Shown piece after piece: positions 1-11,100 of a stretch of 64,000 nucleotides of DNA. Source of the DNA: Andalucia godoyi And28 (Eukaryota > Protista > Jakobida); assembly GCA_009859145.1 (NCBI GenBank), contig VRVR01000017.1, positions 126,607 through 190,606 on the forward strand, in the 5' to 3' direction. Position 1 is the first letter of the stretch; each line of letters begins with the position of its first letter. The notes under the pieces are model-generated. The model saw only the letters and a program-made list of their open reading frames with translations, was not told the origin of the DNA and ran no database searches. The position numbers and the translations under genes were made by a program.

Positions 1-2
1 CT

Positions 3-296
3 CGTAATGAACGACGATTGGCTGCATTATACTCGTCCACTACCTCAGGTTTCGAAGTTATTCATGGAGTCGTGGATCGCGTTCTAGCGATGCTCAGCAT
101 TCCGACCGGTACTGTTCAAATTGCAGAACCGTTGGCTGCGGAACATCCCTTTCTGTTCCCTGGAAGGTCTGCTGCTGTGTACGTGAATGCGAAATACGTG
201 GGCTTTTTCGGTGTTTTGCACCCTGATGTTCTCAAGCAGTTTGATCTGTCCTATCCTGTTTCTGTCACTGAATTGAACCTTGAACTGTTCTGTTAA
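3..296 (+). CDS. FARSB: Phenylalanyl-tRNA synthetase beta subunit, C-terminal part (5'-truncated by window edge)
   Basis: Frame 3 reads RNERRLAALYSSTTSGFEVIHGVVDRVL...PGRSAAV...GVLHPDVLKQFDLSYPVSVTELNLE, matching the eukaryotic FARSB C-terminus (GFEIIHG, G-LHP-V--F-L--P). Confidence 0.93.
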   Translation, partial: RNERRLAALYSSTTSGFEVIHGVVDRVLAMLSIPTGTVQIAEPLAAEHPFLFPGRSAAVYVNAKYVGFFGVLHPDVLKQFDLSYPVSVTELNLELFC

Positions 297-412
297 ACTA
301 CGTCCATCAACGCAATTCTCCATGCTTGTTTGTTTGTTGTTGTTTTTTGTGTTCTTTCCCCGCCCACACTTTCCATTTTTGTTCTCTTTTTCCTCTTCTT
401 CTTTTTTTAGTT

Positions 413-1027
413 TTATTGCCCTCTGGTGGAAGTGGCCAATGGCAATTCCTTGCCACCGTACAACTTCTTGCCGTAAGAAAACGGCAGATATCGGTGCTTA
501 ACCATGTGCTGAATCCTCTTTTTCATGGTGACAAAAGAGAGAAGGATGAAGTACAACAACAAAATAGGCCAGAACACAGGAATGTCTGTCAACTTGGTTA
601 AGGTGAGAGTGAATGCGATGCACACACCTCTGGTCAGTTTGTACCAGAACTTGAATTCCGGAAGTTTGGGAATGAACGGCCTATGCTCGTCATCTCCAGC
701 TAAAGGAAGTGTGAGATCTTCGTCACCGTCGTCATCATTCGCGTCAACCTCAGGATCATGCAATGGTGAGATGAACAGCACCAGCAAGTTGAGAGAATAA
801 ATTCCCAGTCCGTACGTCACAACATACCATCCGCCTCCCAGATAGACCCTCAAAATGTAAGCTAGAAAGAGAACTCCGAGAAAGATCCATCGACCAGTAG
901 AATACGGATGGACGCGATCCAGCAAACGACGAAAACGCGTTCTGAGCCCCGAGATGAGGTGTTGCGTTGGAGTTTTCCCAGACGGAACGGAAATTCCGAG
1001 ATTCAAAGCACCGAGCACGTTGTTCAT
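413..1027 (-). CDS. RER1: RER1 Golgi-to-ER retrieval receptor
   Basis: RW-F...RVY---GWYVVTYGLGIY-LNL...F-SP--DPE, DDEHRPFIPKLPEFKFWY, VFWPILLLYF, KKRIQHMVKHRYLPFSYGKK. Confidence 0.97.
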   Translation of the reverse strand: MNNVLGALNLGISVPSGKTPTQHLISGLRTRFRRLLDRVHPYSTGRWIFLGVLFLAYILRVYLGGGWYVVTYGLGIYSLNLLVLFISPLHDPEVDANDDDGDEDLTLPLAGDDEHRPFIPKLPEFKFWYKLTRGVCIAFTLTLTKLTDIPVFWPILLLYFILLSFVTMKKRIQHMVKHRYLPFSYGKKLYGGKELPLATSTRGQ

Positions 1028-1249
1028 GTCTAAAATCTCTGTGATCTTCTAAAGGAGAAACAGAAACGTTGAGACTTCAGAAAGGAGAAGAAACACTTGA
1101 GCTCATAAAGGAACACTACCTTCGAATGCTCAAAGCTTTGCGAAAGTCGGCAAGTGTCGAGTGTGTGAGACGACCTTTTTACAGTAGACAGTCCAACCAC
1201 CTCGTGTCTCTTTCTCTGTCACTCGTTTTTCTTTTTTTCTTTCTTTCTT

Positions 1250-1250
<1 letters not shown>

Positions 1251-1282
<32 letters not shown>
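1251..1282 (+). repeat. (CA)16 microsatellite
   Basis: Direct reading; lies upstream of the ATG at 1375, so the ORF-track extension 1069-1374 is probably non-coding. Confidence 0.95.
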
Positions 1283-1286
<4 letters not shown>

Positions 1287-1374
1287 TACGTATATCCGTG
1301 CAGAGAAGTTTTGCAACACTCTTTTTTCACTCGTTTCTGAAATCTCTCTTCAGCGAATTGAAAGGAGAACGTCT

Positions 1375-3288
1375 ATGCCTGCACATTTGGAGCGCCGAGA
1401 CTTCGATAAAATACTAGATCAGTTGAAATCAGAGCCAGCAAACGAATTGCTGGTCGATGATTCAGTTGTCAAGGTGCTTCTTGATGCAGCTGCAAACGTT
1501 GGTGATGAATCCGACGCAAGAATCACGGCGGCCATTCTCGTGGAAGTGTCTAAAAGAAAACCTGTGAATCAAGCCCTGATATTGAGTTCTCTCAGCCAAT
1601 TTTCTGTGCGCTTGCCGGCACAGCTCGCACTGGTTTTTTGGGATGCTGTACAAGAGCTTGGAGTTTTTTGCAACGACCAGGCACTGTTGGATGCGATGAA
1701 GACCTTTGGAAGTCATAAGAACCAGAAGGTACGCCGAAAATTCTGGGAAATGCTGTTGTCGAAGAATGCAGAATTGTCGGTGTGTAAGTCTGCACCACTC
1801 TGTGCTGTGATGTTAAGTCACGCGAGTGTCGAAACGGATTCAGTGGTGTGTCAGTGCTTCCTTCCTTTTTTGGTACAAATTCAGACAGACCATCCCCTTC
1901 TTGAAAAAGAGGTGATGCGTGTGCTGTTTTTGTACCGAATTCGCTTCCCAGACATGCATCATCCAGGTGTGTCTTCCACTGCCGCTTCTCAGTTTATCAA
2001 TAGTGTGTGTGTTCTGCCAAATGGCTTGGAACAGGATGATGCGGTATTGTCGGTCTGCAGCGCTCTGAATGTTGTTCATGAGCAAGGAAATTTGATCGGC
2101 TTAGAATTTGATAATCTTTTATCTCGCTCCCTCAAAGTATCCAGTTCTTCTAAGCAAAAGTTATCTCAAGCGCTGTTCCCTTTCTGCCCAGCTATACTTT
2201 CTCTACTGTGCAACGCACTGGATGCAATGGACGAACTTCGCGTGGCTTCCCTTTCCTCATTGCTCCTGGATATGTGTAGGACAACGACTCATTGGAAAGC
2301 GCAGTTTTGTCAGTGCGTCGATCTGTCGGCTAGTGAAGCTGCTCGGCAGTATGCCATCCGACGAAGCAGTAATTCGAATGTAGACGTGTCTTCGTTTTTC
2401 GTCTTGTGTTCTACCATTTCCCCCCATTTGTCTTCCGATTGTCTGGCCGCTCTTCTAGAATGTCAGAATGTGAATTTTGAAATTTCGGCCTCTGTCAGCA
2501 GGAGAGTTCTCTCTTATCTACTTCCGAAACTCTCTAGTTCTCCACCAACCGCAGTCGCACATCATAGGGCCCTTTGCCGATGTGTTTCCAACATCAGCGA
2601 CCTCGAGGACTCCGATGCGTCCGCGGCTCTTCGGATCCTGCTGTATTCCGTCGAAAATGCTTTCGGGCCAGATCGTGTCACGGTCATTCGATCTCTCTGC
2701 CATTTGATTGGAAGCAAATCTACCGCATTCCTGCGATGGTATGGAGATTCGCTGTATATGAATCTGCAGAGATATGCAAGTTTTTCCAACGACGAGGAAA
2801 GCACGTTATTACTTCCTCGATTGGCGGATGTCGTTCTTGCTCGAGGAGCTGAAGTGGAGATTGAAAATTGCTTTAGGTGGATGTTGGAGTGTGTTGCTTT
2901 CCCCAGAACTCTAGCAGTTGATTCTTCCGAGCAAGAACAGTGGACCACCCGACGAGTCACATGCCTGTTCAGTTGCCTTCGCAAGTTACTGCCTGCCGTG
3001 GGTTTGCGTTCTATTCGGTATTGGGCACTGTTTTCACAATCTGTTCCGTCTGTGGTCACAACGAAGGAGTCGATAGCATCATTGCTGTCTTTTTTGGATC
3101 TCTGGATTGAAATTTGCTGGGTGTGCATGACATATGCAGATCTACCATTTGTGATGAAGACGGTTTATTCTACAAAGCTAGAGTTCGACTGGGGTGAATA
3201 TTCTTCCTTGAGATATGCTGTCCAACTTCAGCGCAAAAACGGATCTCAGGCATCTGACGAAGGAGTATCGGAAACAGAAGGCTGTTGA
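1375..3288 (+). CDS. HEAT/ARM-repeat protein, possibly TTI2 (TELO2-interacting protein 2)-like
   Basis: Open 637-codon frame from ATG 1375, Leu-rich and helical. The C-terminal half (RILLYSVEN...RVTVIRSLCHLI...LRWYGDSLY; LLPAVGLRSIRYW; IEICWVCM) resembles by eye the TTI2 pattern (LVISDD...KILGVHCLHHIV...LY; RLGILTVRHL; HTWPRV). Family call is inference. Confidence 0.6.
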   Translation: MPAHLERRDFDKILDQLKSEPANELLVDDSVVKVLLDAAANVGDESDARITAAILVEVSKRKPVNQALILSSLSQFSVRLPAQLALVFWDAVQELGVFCNDQALLDAMKTFGSHKNQKVRRKFWEMLLSKNAELSVCKSAPLCAVMLSHASVETDSVVCQCFLPFLVQIQTDHPLLEKEVMRVLFLYRIRFPDMHHPGVSSTAASQFINSVCVLPNGLEQDDAVLSVCSALNVVHEQGNLIGLEFDNLLSRSLKVSSSSKQKLSQALFPFCPAILSLLCNALDAMDELRVASLSSLLLDMCRTTTHWKAQFCQCVDLSASEAARQYAIRRSSNSNVDVSSFFVLCSTISPHLSSDCLAALLECQNVNFEISASVSRRVLSYLLPKLSSSPPTAVAHHRALCRCVSNISDLEDSDASAALRILLYSVENAFGPDRVTVIRSLCHLIGSKSTAFLRWYGDSLYMNLQRYASFSNDEESTLLLPRLADVVLARGAEVEIENCFRWMLECVAFPRTLAVDSSEQEQWTTRRVTCLFSCLRKLLPAVGLRSIRYWALFSQSVPSVVTTKESIASLLSFLDLWIEICWVCMTYADLPFVMKTVYSTKLEFDWGEYSSLRYAVQLQRKNGSQASDEGVSETEGC

Positions 3289-4202
3289 ACTTTCGTTTTT
3301 TCTTGGAGGGCTCGACACAAACTTTCGAGTTTCGCATTTCGGTTCTGCAACTCTTGCTGCTTTTGATGGTACTCCAAAATAGCGGCATCTGATCTCGCCT
3401 CTTTTGCTTTCAAATCCTGCACATCTTTTTCAAGGCCTTTGATCTTCTTTGATGCAAGGTCTTGGTGCTTTCTCATCTCGTCGAAGATCTTCTGCGATTG
3501 TTGAACTGTCGACGAGAAGTCCTCGAATTTCTTGGTGTAAATATCCAATTGTTCCCGAAGAGATTTTTCTTTCATTAAGCTGTCCCGCAAATCCTCATTG
3601 CTCTTGAGCAATCGCCCTTCGAGCTCTTTAAGTTGCGCTTCATGCAATTGCTTCTCAAGGGTGTAGGCTTTTCCTAGCTGGTCTCGGTACTCCTCGCGTT
3701 TCTCGACTGATGAGGACAACTCGGTCAAGTGCTTGCGCAAAACCTTGTTTTCCTCAGCAACCGCCATCGCCTCGGTCTGGGTCTTCTCCATCTTGACTGT
3801 CACGTCTTCAATTACCTTGGAAACGCGGTCATTGATCGACTGCCTTTCATCTGCGAGATCCTTGTTGTTCTTCTGCAATTCCTTGCACAAGGTGGCAAGG
3901 CGGTCTTTCATGACGGTCATCTGTTGGATATTTGCAACCAATGACTGCTTCTCTTTTGAACTTTCTTCCAGCGCTTTCTTCTGATTTTCAAGTTTTAATT
4001 CAGAGACTTTAAGAGAGCGGAATGTATCCAGCACTACTGTTAGCAATCGGCTGATCGATTCTTGCGGGCTGTCTTTGAAAGGGTCAACATGCTGTTGTTT
4101 CCACAGAACATACTGCCGCTTCGCGGCACTGTCTGCAGCGTCGTTTATTCTTGACTCTTTCTCAAGTTCTGATAGAAGCGCAGGATTCACGGAGGTAGAC
4201 AT
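3246..4202 (-). CDS. TXLN: Taxilin-family coiled-coil protein
   Basis: KDRLATLCKELQKNNK, LREQLDIYTKKFEDFSSTVQQSQKIF, KKIKGLEKD and KLESLCRALQ are taxilin motifs; first ATG at 4202. Confidence 0.88.
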   Translation of the reverse strand: MSTSVNPALLSELEKESRINDAADSAAKRQYVLWKQQHVDPFKDSPQESISRLLTVVLDTFRSLKVSELKLENQKKALEESSKEKQSLVANIQQMTVMKDRLATLCKELQKNNKDLADERQSINDRVSKVIEDVTVKMEKTQTEAMAVAEENKVLRKHLTELSSSVEKREEYRDQLGKAYTLEKQLHEAQLKELEGRLLKSNEDLRDSLMKEKSLREQLDIYTKKFEDFSSTVQQSQKIFDEMRKHQDLASKKIKGLEKDVQDLKAKEARSDAAILEYHQKQQELQNRNAKLESLCRALQEKTKVQQPSVSDTPSSDA

Positions 4203-4518
4203 GAGTGATATCGCTTGTGTTGCAATTTTAAAAAACAATTTAAAAAAGCCCCAACAAAACAAAAACAAAAAACCCCAAATAACAAATGTACTTTTGTGCG
4301 TCTGCTGAATGTGATTGAGTGGGCGCGCTCGCAGCGCAGACTGAATCGGCAGAAAAGGAAAGTCTCAGGACAAAAACAGCATCAAATGATGCAAGTAACA
4401 TGAGAGGTTTCGTCAAAGGACAGGCCCCGGCGCAGCTCTTTCCGAGTTTGCCTTATCTAGGGCACATCCATTTAAATGAATGCAGGGATTCCCAGGAACG
4501 GGAGGCGTGAAATGCCCG

Positions 4519-4824
4519 GCAGAACCAGGCATTTTCAATCGTTCATGAGTGCCTTACGCGAGACTCCAGCTCGCTTGCACTGGGAATACCGCGTGGATTC
4601 CGACACAAGAGCCGCGGTCGGGCATCGTGCAGATCGGGATGGCGCAGCCGCTCTCGGAGCGCAGCTTTCACCACCTACACCATCGGGTTCCGAAAATGTG
4701 CAAGTATGAAACCGACAACGTGTGGCGAAGTGTGAGGAGGATGTGGTGCCAAATAAAAATGGTGAAATATCAAAATACGAACGCAGCAGTGTTTTATTCA
4801 ATATTTTATTTGACACAACGAAGT
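4519..4824 (+). repeat. Dispersed degenerate repeat family B, copy 1
   Basis: Collinear blocks shared with 24173-24906: gcagaaccagRcattttc, cttacgYgagactccaRctcgcttgc, gattccgacacRagag, catcgtgcag, ggatggcgca, aaccgacaa...ggcgaagt, ggtgccaaataaaa...aaatatcaaaata...cagtgttttatt...tttgacaMaacgaagt. Confidence 0.8.
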
Positions 4825-5028
4825 CCAAGGTGAAACGGGAGAAAGGGAAAAAGAAAAAAGGGAATGGGTTCAACAAACAAAATCCAAGGGACGAGAGCCA
4901 GCGGATAACAGGCAAAAGGGAAAGGAAACGAGAGAGAAACGGAAAAGAAGACCGATTTGAGGAATTGCGCCCTTACTGTTTTTCTTTTTGTTTTCTTCGT
5001 TTTTCACCTTTTCTTTTTCGTGGTATTT

Positions 5029-5071
5029 GTTTTTTGTTTTTTGTTTTTTGTTTTTTGTTTTTTGTTTTTTG
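5029..5071 (+). repeat. (TTTTTTG)n short tandem repeat in the TOR 5' region
   Basis: Direct reading. Confidence 0.85.
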
Positions 5072-5117
5072 TTCATAAACACTGTCAGTCAGTCTCTTTG
5101 TATTTATCTGCCCATCC

Positions 5118-8100
5118 ATGTCGGCTGACGGGCTTACGAAGACCTTAGGCGACTTACGCTCGAAAGTCGAAGATGTCCGTAATCGAGCAGCCAAGTCTTT
5201 GCGACTGATCGTGGAAGATCAGTCTCGTGAACTCAACGGCGAATCGTTTTCCAGATTGCATAACTCTATTATTTCAAAGATCGCGGATCTTGTGAATTCC
5301 ACAGACGCTTCGGATCGGCTGGGGGCTGTTGCGGCAATTGATCAGCTGATTGACATCGACTGTGACGAGCATGCTACTCGCGTCACCCGCTTTGGGAACT
5401 ATCTGCGAAATATGCTCCCCAATCCGGATTATGTCCTTGTTGGCATGGTAGCCCGTGCTCTTGGACGACTAGCGAGAGCTGGTGGTACTCTCACTGCTGA
5501 TCTAGTCGAATTTGAAACAAAGCGTGCGTTGGAATGGCTGCAGTCGGACAGAGCAAAGGACGAATCAAAGCGGTTTGCTGCTTGCTGCGTCTTGAAAGAA
5601 TTAGCAGAAAATGCCCCTACGCTGTTCTACGCCCATGTTTCATTGTTTTTGGATCACATTTGGAATGCCTTACGGGATCAAAACGTTGTAGTCCGGGAAA
5701 AGGCTGTGGAGTCATTGCGTGCTTGCCTTGCGTTGATTGCTGAGCGCGAGTCTCGCTGGCGTGTTCAATGGTACTATGCCATTTATGATGAGGCGGAGAA
5801 GGGGTTCAAGATGAAAAGTGAAGCTATACACGCCTCCTTGTTGACAGTCCTTGCGCTTCTTGACCATGCAGGCGATTTCATGACACAGCGATTTCCGCAG
5901 GTGCTTGATTCTGTTTTCAAATACAAGGACCACAAAGAGAAGATTGTGAGGAGAACAGTTGTTCTCGCCATGCCCCAGTGCGCCCGCTACAATCCGAAGT
6001 TTTTTACTTCGCAGTATCTCAAAACCGCAGTGAACCATGTTCTATCCTTCACACTGAAGAAGGATGATAAGGCGCTGGCATTTTCCGCTTTGGGCGATCT
6101 TGCGTTAGCTTGTGGGCGTTCTATACTTGCTCACTTGGACCCCATCATCGCCGCTGTGAAGGAGAACCTGAGTGGGAAAAAGTCGCGAAACTTTTGTCCT
6201 GAAATTTTAACGTGCATTTCGAACTTTGCAAAGGCCTGTGGTGCGGACCCTTCTCTGGAGATTCATCTTATGCAGATACTGGACTCTATGTTTTCTGGTG
6301 GGCTATCATCGACATTGACATCGTCTCTGGCGACCTTGTCGAGTTCTATCCCGTCCCTGTCTGTCCCCATTTCCGATAGATTACTCGATCTAATTTCCCG
6401 CATTTTGGCTCGCACGTCATATAGAATTGCTTCTTTGCAAGTCCCAGCTCAAGTAGGATCGTCTGTTGTTTCGTCTTCCTCTTCGCACCAAACGCTCTCC
6501 ACTCTTGCGAACTCGGTTCCTTTACCAAGTTCCATGGACGATGACGAGGACGGTTCCGTCGACACCATTCGACTTGCGCTGCACACCCTCGGCTCATTTG
6601 AGCTGAGCGAGCATTCTTTGATGGACTTTGTACGACACTGCGTTGTCCGTTATCTTGAAGAGGAAGATAGTGAGATTCGAAAGGAAGCTGCGCTGACATG
6701 TGCGCATGTGTTATCTAGGCACGGTCGCGCGATGAATGAGAACGGCTTGGAATCTGCCCTTTATTTCACAGCAGTCCGTGCAGAAATTCTTGAAAAACTG
6801 CTTGCCGTCGCCATTTCAGACCCACAGTCCTCCATCAGAAAAGCTATCCTTTCATCTCTGGATTCTTCATTTGATTCGTTTCTTGCTTTGTCGGAAAACT
6901 TGCGATGCCTTTTCATGGCACTGAATGATGAAAACTTTGACAATCGTATCATGGCAGTCGAAATTTTGGGTCGGCTATCCTTGAGAAACCCTGCCTATGT
7001 ACTGCCATCTCTGCGAAAGAGCTTGATACAACTTCTCACGGAACTGGAATTCTCCATTGACGCGAGAAGCAAAGAAGAAAGTGCGTCTCTTCTTGGCCAC
7101 TTGATTTCTGCTGCTCCCCGACTGGTCAAGCCCTATGTCCCCGCTGCGCTGTCAGTGTTGTTGATGAGGCTGAAAGACCCGTCTCCGGCAGTTTCTTCGG
7201 CATGCTTGGCGACTTTGGGTCTTTTGGCAACGGTCGGGGGAGAAACCATGAAGAAGGATCTCCCCATTCTACTCCCGTTGATCATGGAGACGCTCTCTGA
7301 CCAGGGATCGTCGAACAAACGAGAGGTTGCGCTTCGGACATTGAGTTTGTTAGTTGAGTCTACAGGGGAGGTAATCCGACCGTACGTTTCGTATCCTCAG
7401 TTGATGCCGCTTTTGCTTTCCTTGATGAAAAGTGAAGAGACTTATACCATTAGGAAAGAGGCAATGCGATGCTTGGGCGTGCTAGGTGCCCTGGATCCCG
7501 TTCTGTTGGAGTCGGCTGTGGGGGGACCATCTGGTTCAGTCAATTCTGGAGCATGGTCGTCGCGAAAAGGTATAGCTGCAATATCGAATGCCGTTCGAAC
7601 CGCTGCGATTTTTCCAACTGGAGGCGCAGTAGCACCCATTGACGAGGATGAATCACATCCAAATACCATGCTTGTGCCATCAGCAGAAGACTTTTATCCG
7701 ACTGTGGCCATTTCAGCGCTCGTCAAAATTCTCCGGGATTCCTCTCTCTCTGCTCATCATAAGGCCTGCATTGAAGCCATCATGTTCATATTTAAATCAT
7801 TGGGATTGAGAGGCGTTCCATTCCTTCCCAAGGTGCTTCCTCCTTTCCTGTTTCTCATTCGTTCGACCGGAGATGTTTCTCTGAGACAGTCACTACTGCA
7901 ACAACTTGGATTGCTCGTTTCGATCGTGAAACACCATATTCGAAACTTCTTGAATGATATTCTTGTGTTGGTGCAAGAAATGTGGCACAAGAACGTTTTG
8001 ATTCAGATGGTATCGCTGGTCGAAGAAATTGCAAATGCATTGCACGAGGAATTTAAGTCTCACCTTCCGTCACTGCTTCCGAAACTTCTTTCGGTTTTTT

Positions 8101-11100
8101 CTCCATTATCTACAATCGGTGGAGCACCTACGCCTTCCGGGTCGCTGACGCCTCCATCGCAGCCTGTAATATCAATGTCGTCTGATGATCCTCGGCCGAT
8201 TTTCAAAGTCCTCGAAGCCCTGCAGATATTTGGTCGTCATCTTGACGAGTACTTATACATGGTGATCCCGGCAATCATGCGCATTATTGAAAGTACAGAT
8301 TTTCACCCATCTGTTAGGATTGCTGCGGTGCAGTGCTTGTCCCGCTTGTCTCGACTGTCTTCGTTTCCGGAACACGCGTCGAGGATTGTACACCCTCTTT
8401 GTCGGGTCATGGCAATTACCGACTGTCCCGTGCAACTCCGAGCCGAAAGCATGGACTGTCTGTGTTGCCTAGTGGAGCAAATGGGCCCCGAGTTCGCGTT
8501 GTTCATACCGGTTGTATCAAAAATTATCTCTCCAATTTCGCAGTCACTTCATGGAGGCCCGTCTGGGGGTGGCAATGTTTCCACATCATCGTCAAACGAT
8601 AAAGGAGCGAGTCGCTCAGGATCTTCGTCATCTGGCGGTCCTTCTGCGAGTGCATTTCAGCGGTACGAAGAGTTGGTTGCTGCAATTTTGAACAACCAGC
8701 CAATTGGTCCTCGAGTTTCGCTGTTTTCCAACTTTTCCAATTTAGCTGACGATGACTTGTCTCCCCTCGACACTGACTCTACCGCAGATGTCCCGTTGGT
8801 TCCTATGATTGCTGTGGGTCCGGGCGGGAAGGACGTCCAGGTTCCTGGTCGTCAAGAGTTCAAGGATGATCTTCAGCATGCCTCACATGGCTTCGAACAA
8901 GCGCTGCAAGGTAGCGCTGCCAGCAATGCAAACTTAGATATGGAAGCCATGTTTATCAAGAAACTCCATGTCAATCAAGCGAATCTTCGGAAAGCGTGGG
9001 AGGCTTCGCAACGATCTACTCGCGAAGACTGGAATGAATGGATACGAAGATTTTCAGTCGAGTTGCTTCGCGAATCGCCAAGTCCTGCATTGCGGTCGTG
9101 TTGGTCGCTTGCGCAGTTGTACCCTCCTTTAGCCAGAGCGTTGTTCAATGCTTCGTTTCTGTCTTGCTGGACAGAATTATACGACCACTTTCAAGATGAG
9201 GTCGTTCGTGCCATTGAAATGACATTCTCGTCCCCGAATTTACCCGGAGATGTTTTGATGGTTCTTTTGGGTTTGGCAGAATTCATGGAACATGATGAGA
9301 GGCAGTTACCAATCGATATTGGTGTGTTGGGAACTCTTGCGGAACGATGTCAGGCTTTCGCAAAGGCGTTGCATTACAAGGAGCTTGAATTTTCATTTCA
9401 GCAACAGCCGTCCAGCGGAATTCAATACGCAGATGTTCCGAACACTGCTAACGGCGCCAGTACAGGATCGTTGTCACGTGGAGGGTCGATGAAAAACTTG
9501 AATGGAGGAGACGGACGGTCTGTAGAGGGGAACGTTATTGAAGCTCTTATTTCAATCAATAATCAACTTCACCATCACGAAGCGGCAATGGGCATTCTTA
9601 TTTATGCTCAGAAACATGCCCAAAAATATGAGATCAAAGAGAGCTGGTTTGAAAAACTCCAAAAATGGGAAGACGCGCTGCGTATTTATGAAGAGAAGCA
9701 CAAAACGGATCCGTTATCCGTAGACTATGCGTTGGGACGGATGCGCTGTCTGGAAGCGCTTGGTGAATGGGAACAATTGTTTTCGTTGTGTGTGGATGTT
9801 TGGACGACCTCCGACAACCATACTCGCCGTCGTGTTGCTCCAATGGCGGCGTCAGCTGCCTTTCACCTATCGGAATGGCCGTTCATGTCTGAATGTGTTG
9901 AAGCACTGGAGTCAGAGACTTTCAAAGCTGCATTTTTCCGTGCAATTCTTAATACACATGCTCAGAATTTTGAAGCGGCACAATCCCTCATAGACCGGGC
10001 CCGAAAGTTCTTGGATGCTGAGCTTACGGCTCTTCTTAATGAGTCCTACCCAAGAGCATACGACGCAGTTGTCCGTGTCCAGCAACTTGTGGAATTGGAG
10101 GAAATATTGGCGTTCAAGAAGAAGTCGTCTGGTATGGCTCTAACGCAATCAGACACGATGCTTGGGCCTGAAAGCTCAGGGTTCTCCGTTGACGATGCGC
10201 AATTCATTCGAGAGAAGGAGAGCTTGAAGCGGATTTGGAGTTCTCGTTTGTTGGGCTGCCAAAGAAACGTTGATCACTGGCAAGAACTTCTGCATCTCAG
10301 GTCGCTTGTCCTCGATGTTGATGAGCAGCTCGATCTGTGGCTCAAGTTCTCTCGTCTGTGTCGGAAAACTGGGAAAATGCGCTTAGCTCATAAGCTGCTG
10401 ATCGTGTTGTGCAAAAATCATGATTTCATCGTCGATCCGGAATGGCTGATCAGTGCTGCATCTTCCTCGAGTGTGGATCCCAAAGTTGTCATGTGCTGCT
10501 TAGAACATTTGTGGTCTGCTCAGGTACATGAACGGCAGCGCGTGTACAAACTTCTGAGCAACTTTGTTCGGTTAATTGATGTCGCAGTGGACAACTATCG
10601 ACCGACTCTGAAGCAAGGAACCTCCGTTCCCGCCGCTCCAGAAGAAGAGTATGCAGATGTGAGTTCACCCGCTCCAAAAGCATCGCAGCCATTGGAGGAG
10701 GATGCTGATGTTGGAAGTGCAAACCCGGCTGCTTCGAGCACTGGCCCGACTCATGGATTTGACCAGTCTGCTGCTCATCTTCGTGCTCACGCTTTCATGT
10801 ACCTTGGACAATGGCACCGCTCGCTTATGCCGGATGATTTTGATGTCATGCTTGGCCAGTTCCGATCTGCAACGATCCATGATCCTACCTGGTACAAAGC
10901 TTGGCACGCCTGGGCTACATTGAATGCGGACATGGTGGACAATTTGGCTGGAAAGGCGTCTGCTGCAACACCCGGCAGCGATGCCTCTCAGAATGTTTCG
11001 GAATACGCACGTGCTGCCGTTGCCGGGTTTTTCAAGTCAATTTCTTTCGGATCCTCGAAAGCTTCTCGAGTCCAAGACATTCTAAGACTGCTTACTTTGT

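Noticed and set aside
1069-1374. ORF-track N-terminal extension of the HEAT protein
   Set aside because: TTG start; runs through a CA microsatellite and T-rich tract. ATG 1375 is the likely start.
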